A stretch of DNA of 63,099 nucleotides, filler included, from Octopus bimaculoides (Eukaryota): assembly GCF_001194135.2 (NCBI RefSeq). It is 6 parts of 4 records of this genome, joined end to end, with 100 filler letters (N's around TTAATTAATTAA, not from the genome) between each part and the next. Parts side by side here need not be neighbours in the genome. Positions count along the whole stretch, not along the records: positions 40,174 to 48,845 come from NC_068986.1; positions 48,946 to 54,127 come from NC_068985.1; 4 more parts are not named here. One strand, written 5' to 3'. Shown here piece by piece: positions 40,174 to 52,781 of the stretch. How positions within the stretch are numbered: the first letter of the stretch is position 1; each line of letters begins with the position of its first letter. The notes under the pieces were generated by a model that saw only the letters and a list, made by a program, of their open reading frames with translations, was not told the origin of the DNA and made no database searches. A program made the translations under genes and the position numbers.

Positions 40174-40549
40174 CTTTCTTTTCCCCTGCTTCCTCACTTG
40201 TTGTTTTTGCAGATGCTGTTGTCTTCTCAGTTGCCAGTGTTGCTTGTGTTTCTCTTGTTTTGATTGTTGATGGTGGTGTTGGTAGTAGGGTTTTTTTTCC
40301 GGGTTTTGGTGGTTGCCCTTGTTGCTTTTTTTGGTTGGCGGCGGTTGGGCAACTGTCCTTGAGGTGTGCCTCGCTGCCGCATACATAACAACGTGGCCGC
40401 CTTCCTTCCACCACTACATATAACTTGTGGTCCTTTGCCAGTTGGATGTGTGTGGGGATCTTTTGGCACTCCTCTTCAGTGATGTGGAGGAGGACTTCGA
40501 CTTTTTTTCCCCCTTCCCAGTTTTTCTCCTCTGCAGTAGCAATTTCTAA
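40174..40549 (-). mobile_element. Tx1/L1-like ORF1 fragment with CCHC zinc knuckle
   Basis: LYVVVEGRRPR-CYVCGSEAHLKDSC (C-X2-C-X4-H-X4-C, 40349-40390), followed by a K/T/Q-rich low-complexity tail. It is 5'-truncated against (GATA)n. Confidence 0.85.
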
Positions 40550-40596
40550 TATATAGATAGATAGATAGATAGATGGATAGATAGATAGATAGAATA

Positions 40597-40645
<49 letters not shown>

Positions 40646-40669
40646 ATAATAGATAGATAGATAGATAGA

Positions 40670-40703
<34 letters not shown>

Positions 40704-41547
40704 CATACATACATACATACATACATACTTTTATACATACATACATACATACACACATGCATGCATACATACATGGGGAGTTGATGAGAAATTTTCCTGA
40801 ATACAGAGAGAAAGAGAGAGTAGAGTGAATAAACGGATGGTGATACAAATATAAATAGACTTGAAACTAGACAGACAAGTAAACACAAAAGACATGTCCG
40901 TATGTGAACAGGTAGGCAGGAAAGTATGTGAACAGGTAGACAGACAAAACAGAGTAGTATGCAGACTAGTGAACAAATAAATGGTCAGTTTGTAGATTGA
41001 TAATCCGATAGTTGTAGTGGAGCGAAGAAGAATGAATATTATTTATTTTGGTAAATATAGATGCACAGGATCATAGGGACAATGAGAAAGGAGGGAGTGA
41101 GAGAAAGAGAAAAAGAGAGAGAGTGGAATTGAGTGAAAGGCTGATGGCAAACAAAAATGTTATGTGTAGAGAATTGAGAGAGTAGAAAAGTACGAGAGTG
41201 AGAAAGAGAGAAGTTGCGGAGGGGAGAAATAAGATAGATCGAAAAAGAGCGGGAAGGGTGAGCGAATAAGAGTCGGAGAAACAGAGAGGGGGAAGGAGAG
41301 AGAGAGAGAGAGAGAGGGGGGGGAGACGGAGACGGAGAGAGGGGAGAGAGAGAGTCGAAAAGTGTTTGGGAGAGAAATAGAAGCTCGGGGAAAGAATGAG
41401 AGAAAGTGATAGAGAGCGGAAAGAGCGAGCGAGTGAGCAACAGAGCGAGAGAGAGAGATAGAGAGAGAGAGAGATAGAGAGAGAGAGACAGAGAGACAGA
41501 GAGACAGAGAGACAGACAGAGAGAGAGAGAGAGAGAGAAAGACAGAC

Positions 41548-41586
<39 letters not shown>

Positions 41587-42641
41587 TAGAGAGAGAGCGA
41601 CAGAGAGAGAGAGACAGACAGACAGACAGAGAGACAGACAGACAGACAGACAGAGACAGCGAGACAGAGACAGAGAGACAGAGAGACAGAGAGAGACAGA
41701 GAGAGAAGGGAGAATTGAGAAAGAGAGAGAGAAAGGAGGAGTAAATAGCAGACAGATACAGAAACAGAACAAGCTGGAAAAAGAAAAGAAGGAAAGGCGA
41801 TGGATGAGCATAGAAGAGAAAGAGAGATGGTGCGGAGAAGGTAATGGGATAGCAGACAGGTAGATACGTGAACAGGTACACAGGTGAAGTGAAAGGAAAC
41901 ATAGGCAATGAAACAGAAATGCATGGAGACAGGTGAACAGGTAGAGAGGTGAATAGAAAGATACATGAATTTATAAACATGTTGATAGGCGAAGAGGTAG
42001 ACAGATAAATAGAAGGGTGTGTAAACATGTAAATAAATAGACAGGTAAACAAAATGATAGGTGAAAAGATAGACTAAGGGGGAGATATGTGAATATGTAA
42101 ACAAGTTGATAGGTGAACAAATAGACAGAAAAGTACACGAAAAACAGGTAAATAAATAGACGGATAAACCAAAAGATATGTGAACAAGTAGACTGGTGGA
42201 GAGATACATGACTATGTAAACAGATTGACAAATGAATGAATATACAGGTAAATATGTGTAAATATATTAATGGACAGGTAAATAAAAAGACAGGTGAACG
42301 GGTAGACAGGTAAACAGAGAGATATATGAATGTGTAAACAGATATTTTTGGTGAAGTAGACTGTAAAATATGCGCGTAAATATGTAAACAAATAAACAGG
42401 TAAAAAGAAAGACAGGTAAACAGGTAGAGAGGGAAATATATACGAGGAGAGTTAGAGAAAGGGAGAAAGAGGTTGAATGAGATTCAGAGAGAGAAAGAAA
42501 ATTGAAAATTTGATATTCGTTAATTTGTGAAAAGAGTAAAAGATTGAGTTTGTGTGCACGTGTGAGAGAGAGAATGGATAATTGAAATTGGTATGTAATG
42601 AACTTATGAGAATATGCATGTATGGGAATTTGTGTGTGTGC

Positions 42642-42696
<55 letters not shown>

Positions 42697-43054
42697 TGCG
42701 TGTGTGTGTGTGAGTGTGTGTGTGAGAGAGAGGTAGAGGAGAGAGAGACAGAGACAAAGAGAGAGAGAGAGAGAGCAGTAGGAGAAAGAGATAGGGACAA
42801 AGAGAGAGTTAGGGAGAGAAAGAGAGTTAGGGAGAGAAAGAGAGTTAGGGAGCGAGAGAGTTAGGGAGAGAGAGAGGAGGAGAGAGAGAGCTGCATTGTA
42901 GATTTATAGAAAGACACCGACTAGAACAGTACTTCTTTCAATATCTAGTTGATTTGCTGTCACATAAACACCTCTCATGTGATTCTTGCTCCAAATCACA
43001 GTGTGAAGAGAGATAAAGAGGAAAAAGACGAGTGATAAAATAACAGAGAGAGGT

Positions 43055-43103
<49 letters not shown>

Positions 43104-44197
43104 NNNNNNNNNNNNNNNNNNNNNNNNNNNNNNNNNNNNNNNNNNNNNNNNNNNNNNNNNNNNNNNNNNNNNNNNNNNNNNNNNNNNNNNNNNNNNNNNN
43201 NNNNNNNNNNNNNNNNNNNNNNNNNNNNNNNNNNNNNNNNNNNNNNNNNNNNNNNNNNNNNNNNNNNNTATATATATATATATATATGGATAGATAGATA
43301 CATATATACATATATACATACATACATATATATGTGCGCGTGTGTGTGTATGTAAGTATGTCTGTGTGTGCGTGAGTGTGTGCGTGTGAGTGTGTCTACA
43401 TATGTATCATATGCGTGTGAATATATGTGTGTACGTATGGTGTTGGTCTGTTAACTTACCCATAAGTTATCGGTTCAGCAATAGAGACCAATGAAAGAAG
43501 TAGCAGGCTTAACAAAAGAATAAGTTCTAAGGTTGAGTCATTCTTGGATTCTGTGACGATATATTTATTGCCCTATGTACAAGATACTGGTCCATAACAG
43601 TATTTTTCCGGGCTGAGTACACTGGAGCGACGTGAAACGTAGCGTTTTGCTCAGGAACACAACGCATCGTTCGGTCTAGGAATCGAAACGGCAGTCTCAC
43701 CATCATGAGTGCAATACCCTAACCACAAAGCCACGCGCTTAATATTCGCAAATAATTTATTTATACATAAATATATTAATTTGTAATTATAGACCGATGT
43801 ATTTTGGTGCATATTTAACTATTAATTGCATTATATAATTAAACATCTGTGTATGTGCTTATTTGTCAGCTTGCAAATTTGTATACGCTTTTGCGTATGC
43901 ATATATATATATATATANNNNNNNNNNNNNNNNNNNNNNNNNNNNNNNNNNNNNNNNNNNNNNNNNNNNNNNNNNNNNNNNNNNNNNNNNNNNNNNNNNN
44001 NNNNNNNNNNNNNNNNNNNNNNNNNNNNNNNNNNNNNNNNNNNNNNNNNNNNNNNNNNNNNNNNNNNNNNNNNNNNNNNNNNNNNNNNNNNNNNNNNNNN
44101 NNNNNNNNNNNNNNNNNNNNNNNNNNNNNNNNNNNNNNNNNNNNNNNNNNNNNNNNNNNNNNNNNNNNNNNNNNNNNNNNNNNNNNNNNNNNNNNNN

Positions 44198-45272
44198 CTG
44201 ATCGTCGCATTGACCGCGACACAGCAATTTGGGCAAAGAATCTGCATCAAATTTTGCCAAAAGTTTGGCGATACCTGCTCAGAGGCCTACGCAAAAGTTG
44301 CAGAAAGTGTATGGAGAGGAATGTATGAGCCGCACACAAATGTACGTGTGATTCAGACGTTTCCAAGATGGCCGAAAAACGTCGATGATGACGAACGTTC
44401 TGGGAGACCCGCAACCAGCAGAACTGAGAAAAACATCGCAGATGGGCGCGCAGCTGTTAGGGGAATTCGTCGAATCACCATTCGTGAGTTATCAGAGGAT
44501 GTGCAGATTAGTTACGGTTCAGTTCAGTCCATTATCACTGAAGATTTGTGTATAAGACGCGTGTCTGCCAATTTTGTGCCAAAACTGCTTTCAGCTGACG
44601 AAAAAACACTTGGGCTTCAGTTGCGCAAGATCTCCTTGATTGTGTCGAGAACAATGAAAACGTTTTGAAAACGGTCATAACAGGTGATGAATCGTGGGTC
44701 TATGGCTATGACCCCGAAACAAAGACTCAGTCTTCGCAGTGGAAGACACCAACCTCTCCAAGACCGAAGAAAGCAGTAATGATTTCGAAGCAATGTGAAG
44801 ATATTTTGAACAGTTTTCTTCGACTACAAGGGTGTTATTTACCATTTGTATGCTCCACCTGGTCAGACAGTAAACAAAGATTACTGCCGTGACGTTCTCC
44901 AGCGTTTGCGGGATGCTATTCATCGGAAAAGGCCACAATTGCATGCATCCGGTGAGTGGCAACTGCACCATGACAACGCACCTGCTCATTCAGCGCAGTT
45001 TGTGCGGCAGTTTTTGGCTAGGCACAGTATTCCCCAGGCACGACAGCCACTGCATTTCCCCAGATCTCGCCCCTTGCGTCGTTTTCCTCTTTCCAAATAT
45101 CAAATCCTACTTAAAAGAAAGAAGATTTCAGGACGTCAAGGAAATCCAAGAGAGTGCGACGAGGCAGCTGCTGATTATCCCAGAAAAACGAGTGCCAGGA
45201 ATGCTTCCATCAATAGCAACAGCGCCAGATTAAGTGTGTGGCTTCCGAAGGGGACTGTTTGAAGGAGATTAA
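44198..45272 (+). pseudogene. Decayed mariner (D,D34D) transposase
   Basis: QRICIKFC...DDERSGRP (HTH)...FVPKLL...VITGDESWVYGYDPETK...LHHDNAPAH...SPDLAPC(V). There are 34 residues between the second Asp and the third catalytic position, which is mutated D->V. Several frameshifts are present. The C-terminus reads KCVASEGD../EGD*. The 5' end is lost in the N gap. Confidence 0.95.
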
Positions 45273-46370
45273 ATGCCAATTGGTACGTGTTGTAGTTTTG
45301 TTTTTATAGCACCAGCCCGGATTATATAAATATATAAATATATATANNNNNNNNNNNNNNNNNNNNNNNNNNNNNNNNNNNNNNNNNNNNNNNNNNNNNN
45401 NNNNNNNNNNNNNNNNNNNNNNNNNNNNNNNNNNNNNNNNNNNNNNNNNNNNNNNNNNNNNNNNNNNNNNNNNNNNNNNNNATATATATATATATATATA
45501 GTATATGTACATATATATGTATGTATGTGTAAGCATAATATGGCCAAAGGGCTAAGAAAATAAAGAATATTAAATTTCATTAACTGAAACTCATATTGTT
45601 CACTTACTAATTCTCGTAAGTATTGCCTGTTTTGAGTTTAAATTTGAATTTGAAAATTGAAGGAATGTTACTTTAACTGCACCTCCGTTCTCACTCATGT
45701 GCAAAACATCTCTGATTTCCTATAAACGTCGAGCTGTTCATGATTGTTTCAATTCTGTTTTTACTCATGTTTTATAAATTGATAAATAAATTCTAATGTC
45801 TTGGCAACCTAAATTTTGAAATTTACATACTTTTAATACATACGCAAAGAACAGAAAGAATCAGATTGTGTTCTGTTGATTTTGCGCTATTTCTATTTCT
45901 GACAGCGAAATAAAGGATAATACCAAATTCCAACGCAAACACAGAGAGCGTTGTATTTAATATACTCGTCTGATACAGCTGCCAGCTTTAACCGTTTTTT
46001 CGCTGATTGATGAAGTGGCAGAAATCCGTGACGAAATCTGTCCTCGAACCGATATTCTATATTGTCTGTATTCTCAAATTTACAGGTTTTTTTCTGCGAC
46101 GAATCTACCGGAACATAAGAAAATATTTACAAGTCATCGTTCTGAATCTCGTTGTTCATCATACAGACTACAATTTATTATTGATTGCCATATATCAACA
46201 CGGATCAGCGAAAAAGTTGCTAGATGAAATCATAAACAGGGCTATCGGCTCTTGTTTAATTTATTGATCCGGGGTACTTCTGGCTGATGAGACACAACAT
46301 TTTTGAAATACCAGCTGTCCCTACAATTTTATGTACTAATATCTTTCAGCAAAACAATTACGCCAGCTAA

Positions 46371-46503
<133 letters not shown>

Positions 46504-47372
46504 ATACAAAGGATATATAAGCTTGTATACACATATATATGTACATACTTACATCTACATGTGTATATAGATGCATATACGGGTACAGGACGTTACAAAA
46601 ATTAACTCAGACAACGGAACGAACACATAGGAAAACAAATAGCCACTTGTGGAATTATTCCTTCATCGGATGCCTCTATTCTAAACTAGACGTTTCGAAG
46701 ATAAGGCAGGACGCTCTCTTAGAATAGTTTCCTCTTGATTAGTGGATCAACCCACTAAACAGAGGATTCCAAAGTAGCAAACACAAACCAAGACAGGAAA
46801 AAATAGACAGTGAAAACAACATTAAAAACCTGTGGGGCCAAACGTGAGACGCACATAAATAAATGCATATATATATATATAGATAGATAGATATAGATAG
46901 ATAGATATAGATATAGATATAGATATATACATATATATAAGCATCACACACAGACGCACACACACAAATGTATATTAGCGCATATGCATCGTAAAGGTGA
47001 AATTGTCCTACTGTGACGAAACAGAACGGAGATTAACATATTCACATTCGAATGTTCCATAACATAATATGTAAGCTATCGTTTTAAATCTCAATGTTCA
47101 CTGTGAGTATGACGATTTACGTTTTTTTTTTTTTTTTTGTATTTTACTCCGTTATAGCAATAAAATTTGGTTATTGTGAATTCGATTATATTTCGTTGTA
47201 ACCAACTCTTTTTGTGGCAAGATTCTTCTACTAATATTTGAATAGGATTCTGGCCGGAGATTGAAACACGATACGGATGTATATATTCACACACATACGT
47301 ATATGTATACTGAGAATAAATTCTGAATCAGAAGGTATACATCTTGTGCGACTTATAGGCTATAAATATATA

Positions 47373-47452
<80 letters not shown>

Positions 47453-48819
47453 CGCGTGTGTGTTGTGATGTAGCTATGAGTTGTGTTGTAAGTTCTAAGG
47501 AAAAATTCTGGAAATTTGTTTTATAAATTGGATATTGTAGGGTTTCATGGTAAGGGGAGAAGATATCTAGTATAAACATATGTGTGCATAAGAAGCACAG
47601 ATATTCGTATATGCATATATGTGCGTGTTTGTGTACGTATATGCATATATGAGTGTGTGTGTGTGTACGTATGTAAGTATGTATGTATGTATGTATGCAT
47701 GTATGCATATATGTATGTATGAATGTACGTATGTATGTGTATGTCGAAACGCCAGTGTTAGTAGAATGGTGGCAGCTGATGAAGGAAATGTTCTCTATGT
47801 GGCCTGTGTGTTTTCTGTACTCTGTTTATCATTTTGTCTACGTGTTGTTTGCAATGTCCTGTACCCAGATATGCATCTATATATACAGGTAGATGTAAGT
47901 ATGTACATACATGTACGTATATATGCATATACTCATTTATTATTTGTATATATATATACATAGCGAGATATAAAGATAGATACGTATATGCATATACATA
48001 CATACATACATACATACATACATACATACATACATACATGCATACATACATACATACATACATACATACATACATACATACATACACAAGAGAGTAAGAG
48101 AAAATATCACTCAACACCTTTAGATGGAAGTTGACTCACCTCAACATTATTTAATGTCTTGTGGACGAAGAATACTTTCACCTCATCAGATTTTCGGAGA
48201 GGGAAAGTGATGGAAATTTAAAAGAAATCTAAAATGGTTTGTAAACGAGATTCTATATGTCTCCATTACACAGTTCAATTTGCGTCGTTGCTTTTGTTAT
48301 CATAGCGACATCGACTTAAAACTTTTTTTTACTGCAAGCTGCACGTGGTAGAGTAGACAAGTTGTTTTGGTTATTACATGACTTTTTGTAGAGTGTAATA
48401 TTTCAGTGATATCAGCTTTTATAACATTGAATATTACACGCATAGTTCTCCCTGCGAATTACGTTAAGGGTATACGTGTTTTGGGAGTCCTCAACCATTT
48501 GCACGTTGATTTCATGAGTAGACTGTTCAGATCTATTTTAAAACGGGGGCCACATTTTTCATTAATGTTTTACGTAGTGTTTTTGATACGGAAAGACTTT
48601 CAAACTTCGTATACTTATCTATTTTGTGTTATAGAACAGAAAAATATTTTTGTATTCGAATTTATTTCATGTAAAAAATTGTCTTATTTCGATAATTTCA
48701 ACCAATCACTGACAAGTATTCAGTTGTTTACATTTACTCCTTTGGCTGATTAGGCGATGTAAAGCGTATTTAATCTCCATACCTTCGTTTTATTTGCTTT
48801 TTTCATGTTAAATTTGCTT

Positions 48820-48845
48820 TAACCCTAACCCTAACCCTAGGGTTA
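48820..48845. repeat. (TAACCC)3 flipping into TAGGGTTA at the contig end
   Basis: TAACCCTAACCCTAACCCTAGGGTTA; the last 14 nt are a perfect palindrome. Confidence 0.85.
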
Positions 48846-48945
48846 NNNNNNNNNNNNNNNNNNNNNNNNNNNNNNNNNNNNNNNNNNNNTTAATTAATTA
48901 ANNNNNNNNNNNNNNNNNNNNNNNNNNNNNNNNNNNNNNNNNNNN
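48846..48945. other. Artificial scaffold-joining spacer
   Basis: N44, TTAATTAATTAA at 48890-48901, N44. Confidence 0.97.
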
Positions 48946-49306
48946 CATCTTTTCCAGATCGATAAAATAAGTACCAGTTAAGCACTTGGATCGATGTAAT
49001 CGATTAACGCTTTCTCTTGTAGTTGCTGGTGGTCTTGTTCCAAAAACTGGATGCCAACAGTTTGTCTGGTGAAGAATACCATTTATTCTGAGGCGGCGAG
49101 CTGGAAGAATCGTTACCGCGCTGGGCAAAATGTTTAGCGGCATTTCGTCCGTCTTTACGTCGTGAGTTCAAATTCGGCCGACGTCGACTTTGCCTTTTAT
49201 CCTCCAGGGGCGATAAAATAAGTACCAGTTGAACACTTGGTATCGATGTAATTGACTTATCTCTTCCACCGAATTTGCTGACCTCGTGCCAAAATTTGAA
49301 GACAAT
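48946..49306 (+). mobile_element. Two tandem SINE family 1 copies (3' part, then a full copy from 49091)
   Basis: Core TCGATAAAATAAGTACCAGT appears twice; head AGGCGGCGAGCTGG at 49091. Confidence 0.85.
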
Positions 49307-49567
49307 ATATATGGCATTTTATAGCGAATAATGCGAAAATAATGGTGTTGTAATTTAGGCGATTTTGAAGAGTGAGGGCTTAGTCAATTCTACCGATTTA
49401 TCTCAGTATTTGGCTGATAATTGATGTTGCAGATCCCGGAATGATGAAGGATAGAACTGATTTCGGCGAAATTTGAACTGAGAACGACAGATTCGTTAAT
49501 ATTTTAACAATTACGGATCGTCTCAGAAATAATGTGATGAGCAAGATATCTATCTATCTATCTATCT

Positions 49568-49789
49568 TATTTCTTTATTGCCCACAAGGGGCTAAACATA
49601 GAGGAGACAGACAAACGGATTAAGCCGATTAGATCGAGCCCCGTGCGTAACTGGTACTTAATTTATCAACCCCGAAAGGATGAAAGGCAAAGTCAACCTC
49701 GGCGGAATTTGAACTCAGAACGTAACGGCAGACGAAATACTGCTAAGCATTTCGCCCGGCGTGCTAACGTTTCTGCCAGCTCGCCGCCT
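49568..49789 (-). mobile_element. SINE family 1 variant with LINE(Tx1)-type tail, embedded in (TATC)n
   Basis: Canonical head and core, but the 3' end is ...TTTAGCCCCTTGTGGGCAATAAAGAAA. (TATC)n lies on both sides. Confidence 0.85.
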
Positions 49790-52289
49790 TATCTATCTAT
49801 CTATCTATCTATCTATAGAGAGAGAGGGAGAGAGAGAGGTGATGGCTATGCTGGGAACAACTTTGATAATTAGGCTGTTCGACCACAACTAACCTTGGGT
49901 TAAAGAACAGGCGGAGCGGCTGTTGTGCATTCACCAACACTGTCCACAACTTCAACCACCACCACCATCACCACCAGCAGTAACAACAACAACAACAACA
50001 GCCACCAGTATCACTACAACTGGAGCCTCTAATAACGGTTTCGAATTTTTCCACAAGGGGAGCAATTTTGGTGGGAGAGGACGAGTCGATTACATCGATC
50101 CCAGTGTTCAACTTGTACATATTTTATCGACCCGAAAGCATAAAAGGCGAAGTCGACCACGGCGGCCAACCATGACCAACACGAATAACCAGTACCATTA
50201 CACCCCATCCCCATCAACGGCAGCAACAACAACAACAACAACAATAGCAATATCAACACCACCGGTAACACAGCTAATATGAACACCACCACAACCAGCG
50301 CCTCCACTATCGTAACCACCACCACCACCACCATCAGTAGCAGCAGCAGCACCAGCACCACCAGCTGCAGTAGCAGCAGCAGCAGTAACGCCACCAACAC
50401 CACCACCGCTATCACCTGTACCACCGGTCTCGTTCTTATAACACCCACTAATAACGCCATAAGGAAATCCTTTATCTCTTGCCTGTCTATGTCTGTCTCT
50501 GTTTTCCTTCTGTCTTCTACACATGTCCTCACATTAACCCCTATTTCACCATGTGTCTCCCTAAATTTGTCCCAGCAACTAACCCCCCCNNNNNNNNNNN
50601 NNNNNNNNNNNNNNNNNNNNNNNNNNNNNNNNNNNNNNNNNNNNNNNNNNNNNNNNNNNNNNNNNNNNNNNNNNNNNNNNNNNNNNNNNNNNNNNNNNNN
50701 NNNNNNNNNNNNNNNNNNNNNNNNNNNNNNNNNNNNNNNNNNNNNNNNNNNNNNNNNNNNNNNNNNNNNNNNNNNNNNNNNNNNNNNNNNNNNNNNNNNN
50801 NNNNNNNNNNNNNNNNNNNNNNNNNNNNNNNNNNNNNNNNNNNNNNNNNNNNNNNNNNNNNNNNNNNNNNNNNNNNNNNNNNNNNNNNNNNNNNNNNNNN
50901 NNNNNNNNNNNNNNNNNNNNNNNNNNNNNNNNNNNNNNNNNNNNNNNNNNNNNNNNNNNNNNNNNNNNNNNNNNNNNNNNNNNNNNNNNNNNNNNNNNNN
51001 NNNNNNNNNNNNNNNNNNNNNNNNNNNNNNNNNNNNNNNNNNNNNNNNNNNNNNNNNNNNNNNNNNNNNNNNNNNNNNNNNNNNNNNNNNNNNNNNNNNN
51101 NNNNNNNNNNNNNNNNNNNNNNNNNNNNNNNNNNNNNNNNNNNNNNNNNNNNNNNNNNNNNNNNNNNNNNNNNNNNNNNNNNNNNNNNNNNNNNNNNNNN
51201 NNNNNNNNNNNNNNNNNNNNNNNNNNNNNNNNNNNNNNNNNNNNNNNNNNNNNNNNNNNNNNNNNNNNNNNNNNNNNNNNNNNNNNNNNNNNNNNNNNNN
51301 NNNNNNNNNNNNNNNNNNNNNNNNNNNNNNNNNNNNNNNNNNNNNNNNNNNNNNNNNNNNNNNNNNNNNNNNNNNNNNNNGCCTATAATAGAAAGGTTTA
51401 TTAGCTACTGCCAATATGCTTCAGCCATTTTTTGACAAGGAAATAATAATTTTATCACCGCCAGAATCGTTTGAGAATCGTTTGTTTACGTAGTCAGCAC
51501 TTAATTTTAACGGCTGAATAGACGTCAGTCATTGGTTGAAATTACAGAAATACGACAACTTTAACATGAAATAACTTGCGATGTACGTTTTTTTGTTAAG
51601 AAGACTAAGAGAAAAAGATGTTTTATATGACGCATTCTACCAGTGTCCCAAGTTTCAAAGTGTTTCGTTAAGAAAATACTGGTGCCCCCGTTTTGAACAA
51701 GATCCCCAGTTTTTTCTTTTCTTTCTTTCTTCCTTCCTTCCTTCCCCCTCCCCCATCCATCCCCTCTCTCTCTATTTCCTTCTGTTCTTCTGCACCTCTC
51801 TCCCTCCTCCTTATCGCTTTCCCTCCTTCGTACCTCTTTTCCTCTTTCCTCCCACCCTCTCTCATCTTTCTGCATTTCGCATCCTCCTTTTTGTCGTCAA
51901 TTTAACTTTTCTCTCGGTGCAAATAGCATCTCACATATACGATGATGCAGTTAGTTGAAAAAGTTCGATCAGTTGAGGGTTATCTAAGCAATTAACCAAT
52001 AAAAACTCCCTCTGGATATGTTGGAAATCTAAAAACAGCACGCACACCTCTGGAGAGGTTTTTGTCTTAATTATATACATGGATAATTTCAGTTGATCGA
52101 AGTCACCATATTTCATGAGACCTTACGTATGTGTGGACTTAGCTTTGATGACACGTGTCTGAGTTATTTTCCCTCGGGCATTATTATTTATGTCAATAAT
52201 CAGTGAAGCTAAGTTTCCTATAACTCTCCTTACAGATTCCACGTATGATTTAGTGGGTTGTACGTCACCTAGGGTGACGGTGTGTCGCT

Positions 52290-52590
52290 TGGTGATTAGG
52301 GTAAAGGAACTCACGATCAAAACGTCATGAGTTCGATTCCCGACGGCGCGTTGAGTCCTTTATTTCTCGTTGCTCCAGTTCACTCAGCTGGCAAAAAACG
52401 AGTTGCATCTGTAATTCAAAGGGCCAGCCTTGTCACATTCTGTGTCACGCTGAATCTCTCTGAGAACTACGTTAAGGTTTCGCTTGTCTGTGGAGTGCTC
52501 AGCCACTTGCACGTTTATTTCACGAGAAACCTGTTCCGTTGATCGGATCAACTGGAACTCTCATCGTCGTAACCGACGGAGTGCCAATAA
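52290..52590 (+). mobile_element. SINE related to family 3 (shared 3' tail)
   Basis: B box GAGTTCGATTCCC. The tail GTGGAGTGCTCAGCCACTTGCACGT...GTTGATCGGATCAACTGGAAC...GACGGAGTGCCA matches the 25933 and 26758 copies. Confidence 0.8.
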
Positions 52591-52781
52591 TGGACGTAGT
52601 AGTAGTAGCATGTTATCTAGGGCTTACAATAAAACTCGGTATTTCAGTGAGTTATTTTTGCATAAATTATCCATATGTTTTAGCTCATTATAATAATTAC
52701 TGCTGCTATATAGATTGAAGGTATTATTATAATTATTGCTTACAATTTTGGTTTCTTAAGAGTTGTTGAGTTTATTAAGTG

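Noticed and set aside
42801-42870. Four TTAGGG hexamers at 16-18 bp spacing as a telomeric site
   Set aside because: They are embedded in an AG microsatellite-derived tandem unit and are not contiguous telomeric repeats.
46285-46320. CTGATGA...GAAA as an intact hammerhead ribozyme (also CTGATGAG near 27238)
   Set aside because: Stem II and stem III cannot be paired in register. The second site lacks GAAA.
49923-50524. Thr/Ser/Gly/Ala-rich ORFs resembling mucins
   Set aside because: They are mosaics of CAA/CAC/CAG trinucleotide repeats interrupted by a SINE fragment and are open on both strands.
51931-52320. Two in-frame minus ORFs with IGNLASLIIDINNNAR, reminiscent of a CNG-channel S6/C-linker
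   Set aside because: There is no hydrophobic S6 upstream, the acceptor is poor, the downstream sequence does not match the C-linker, and part overlaps a SINE.
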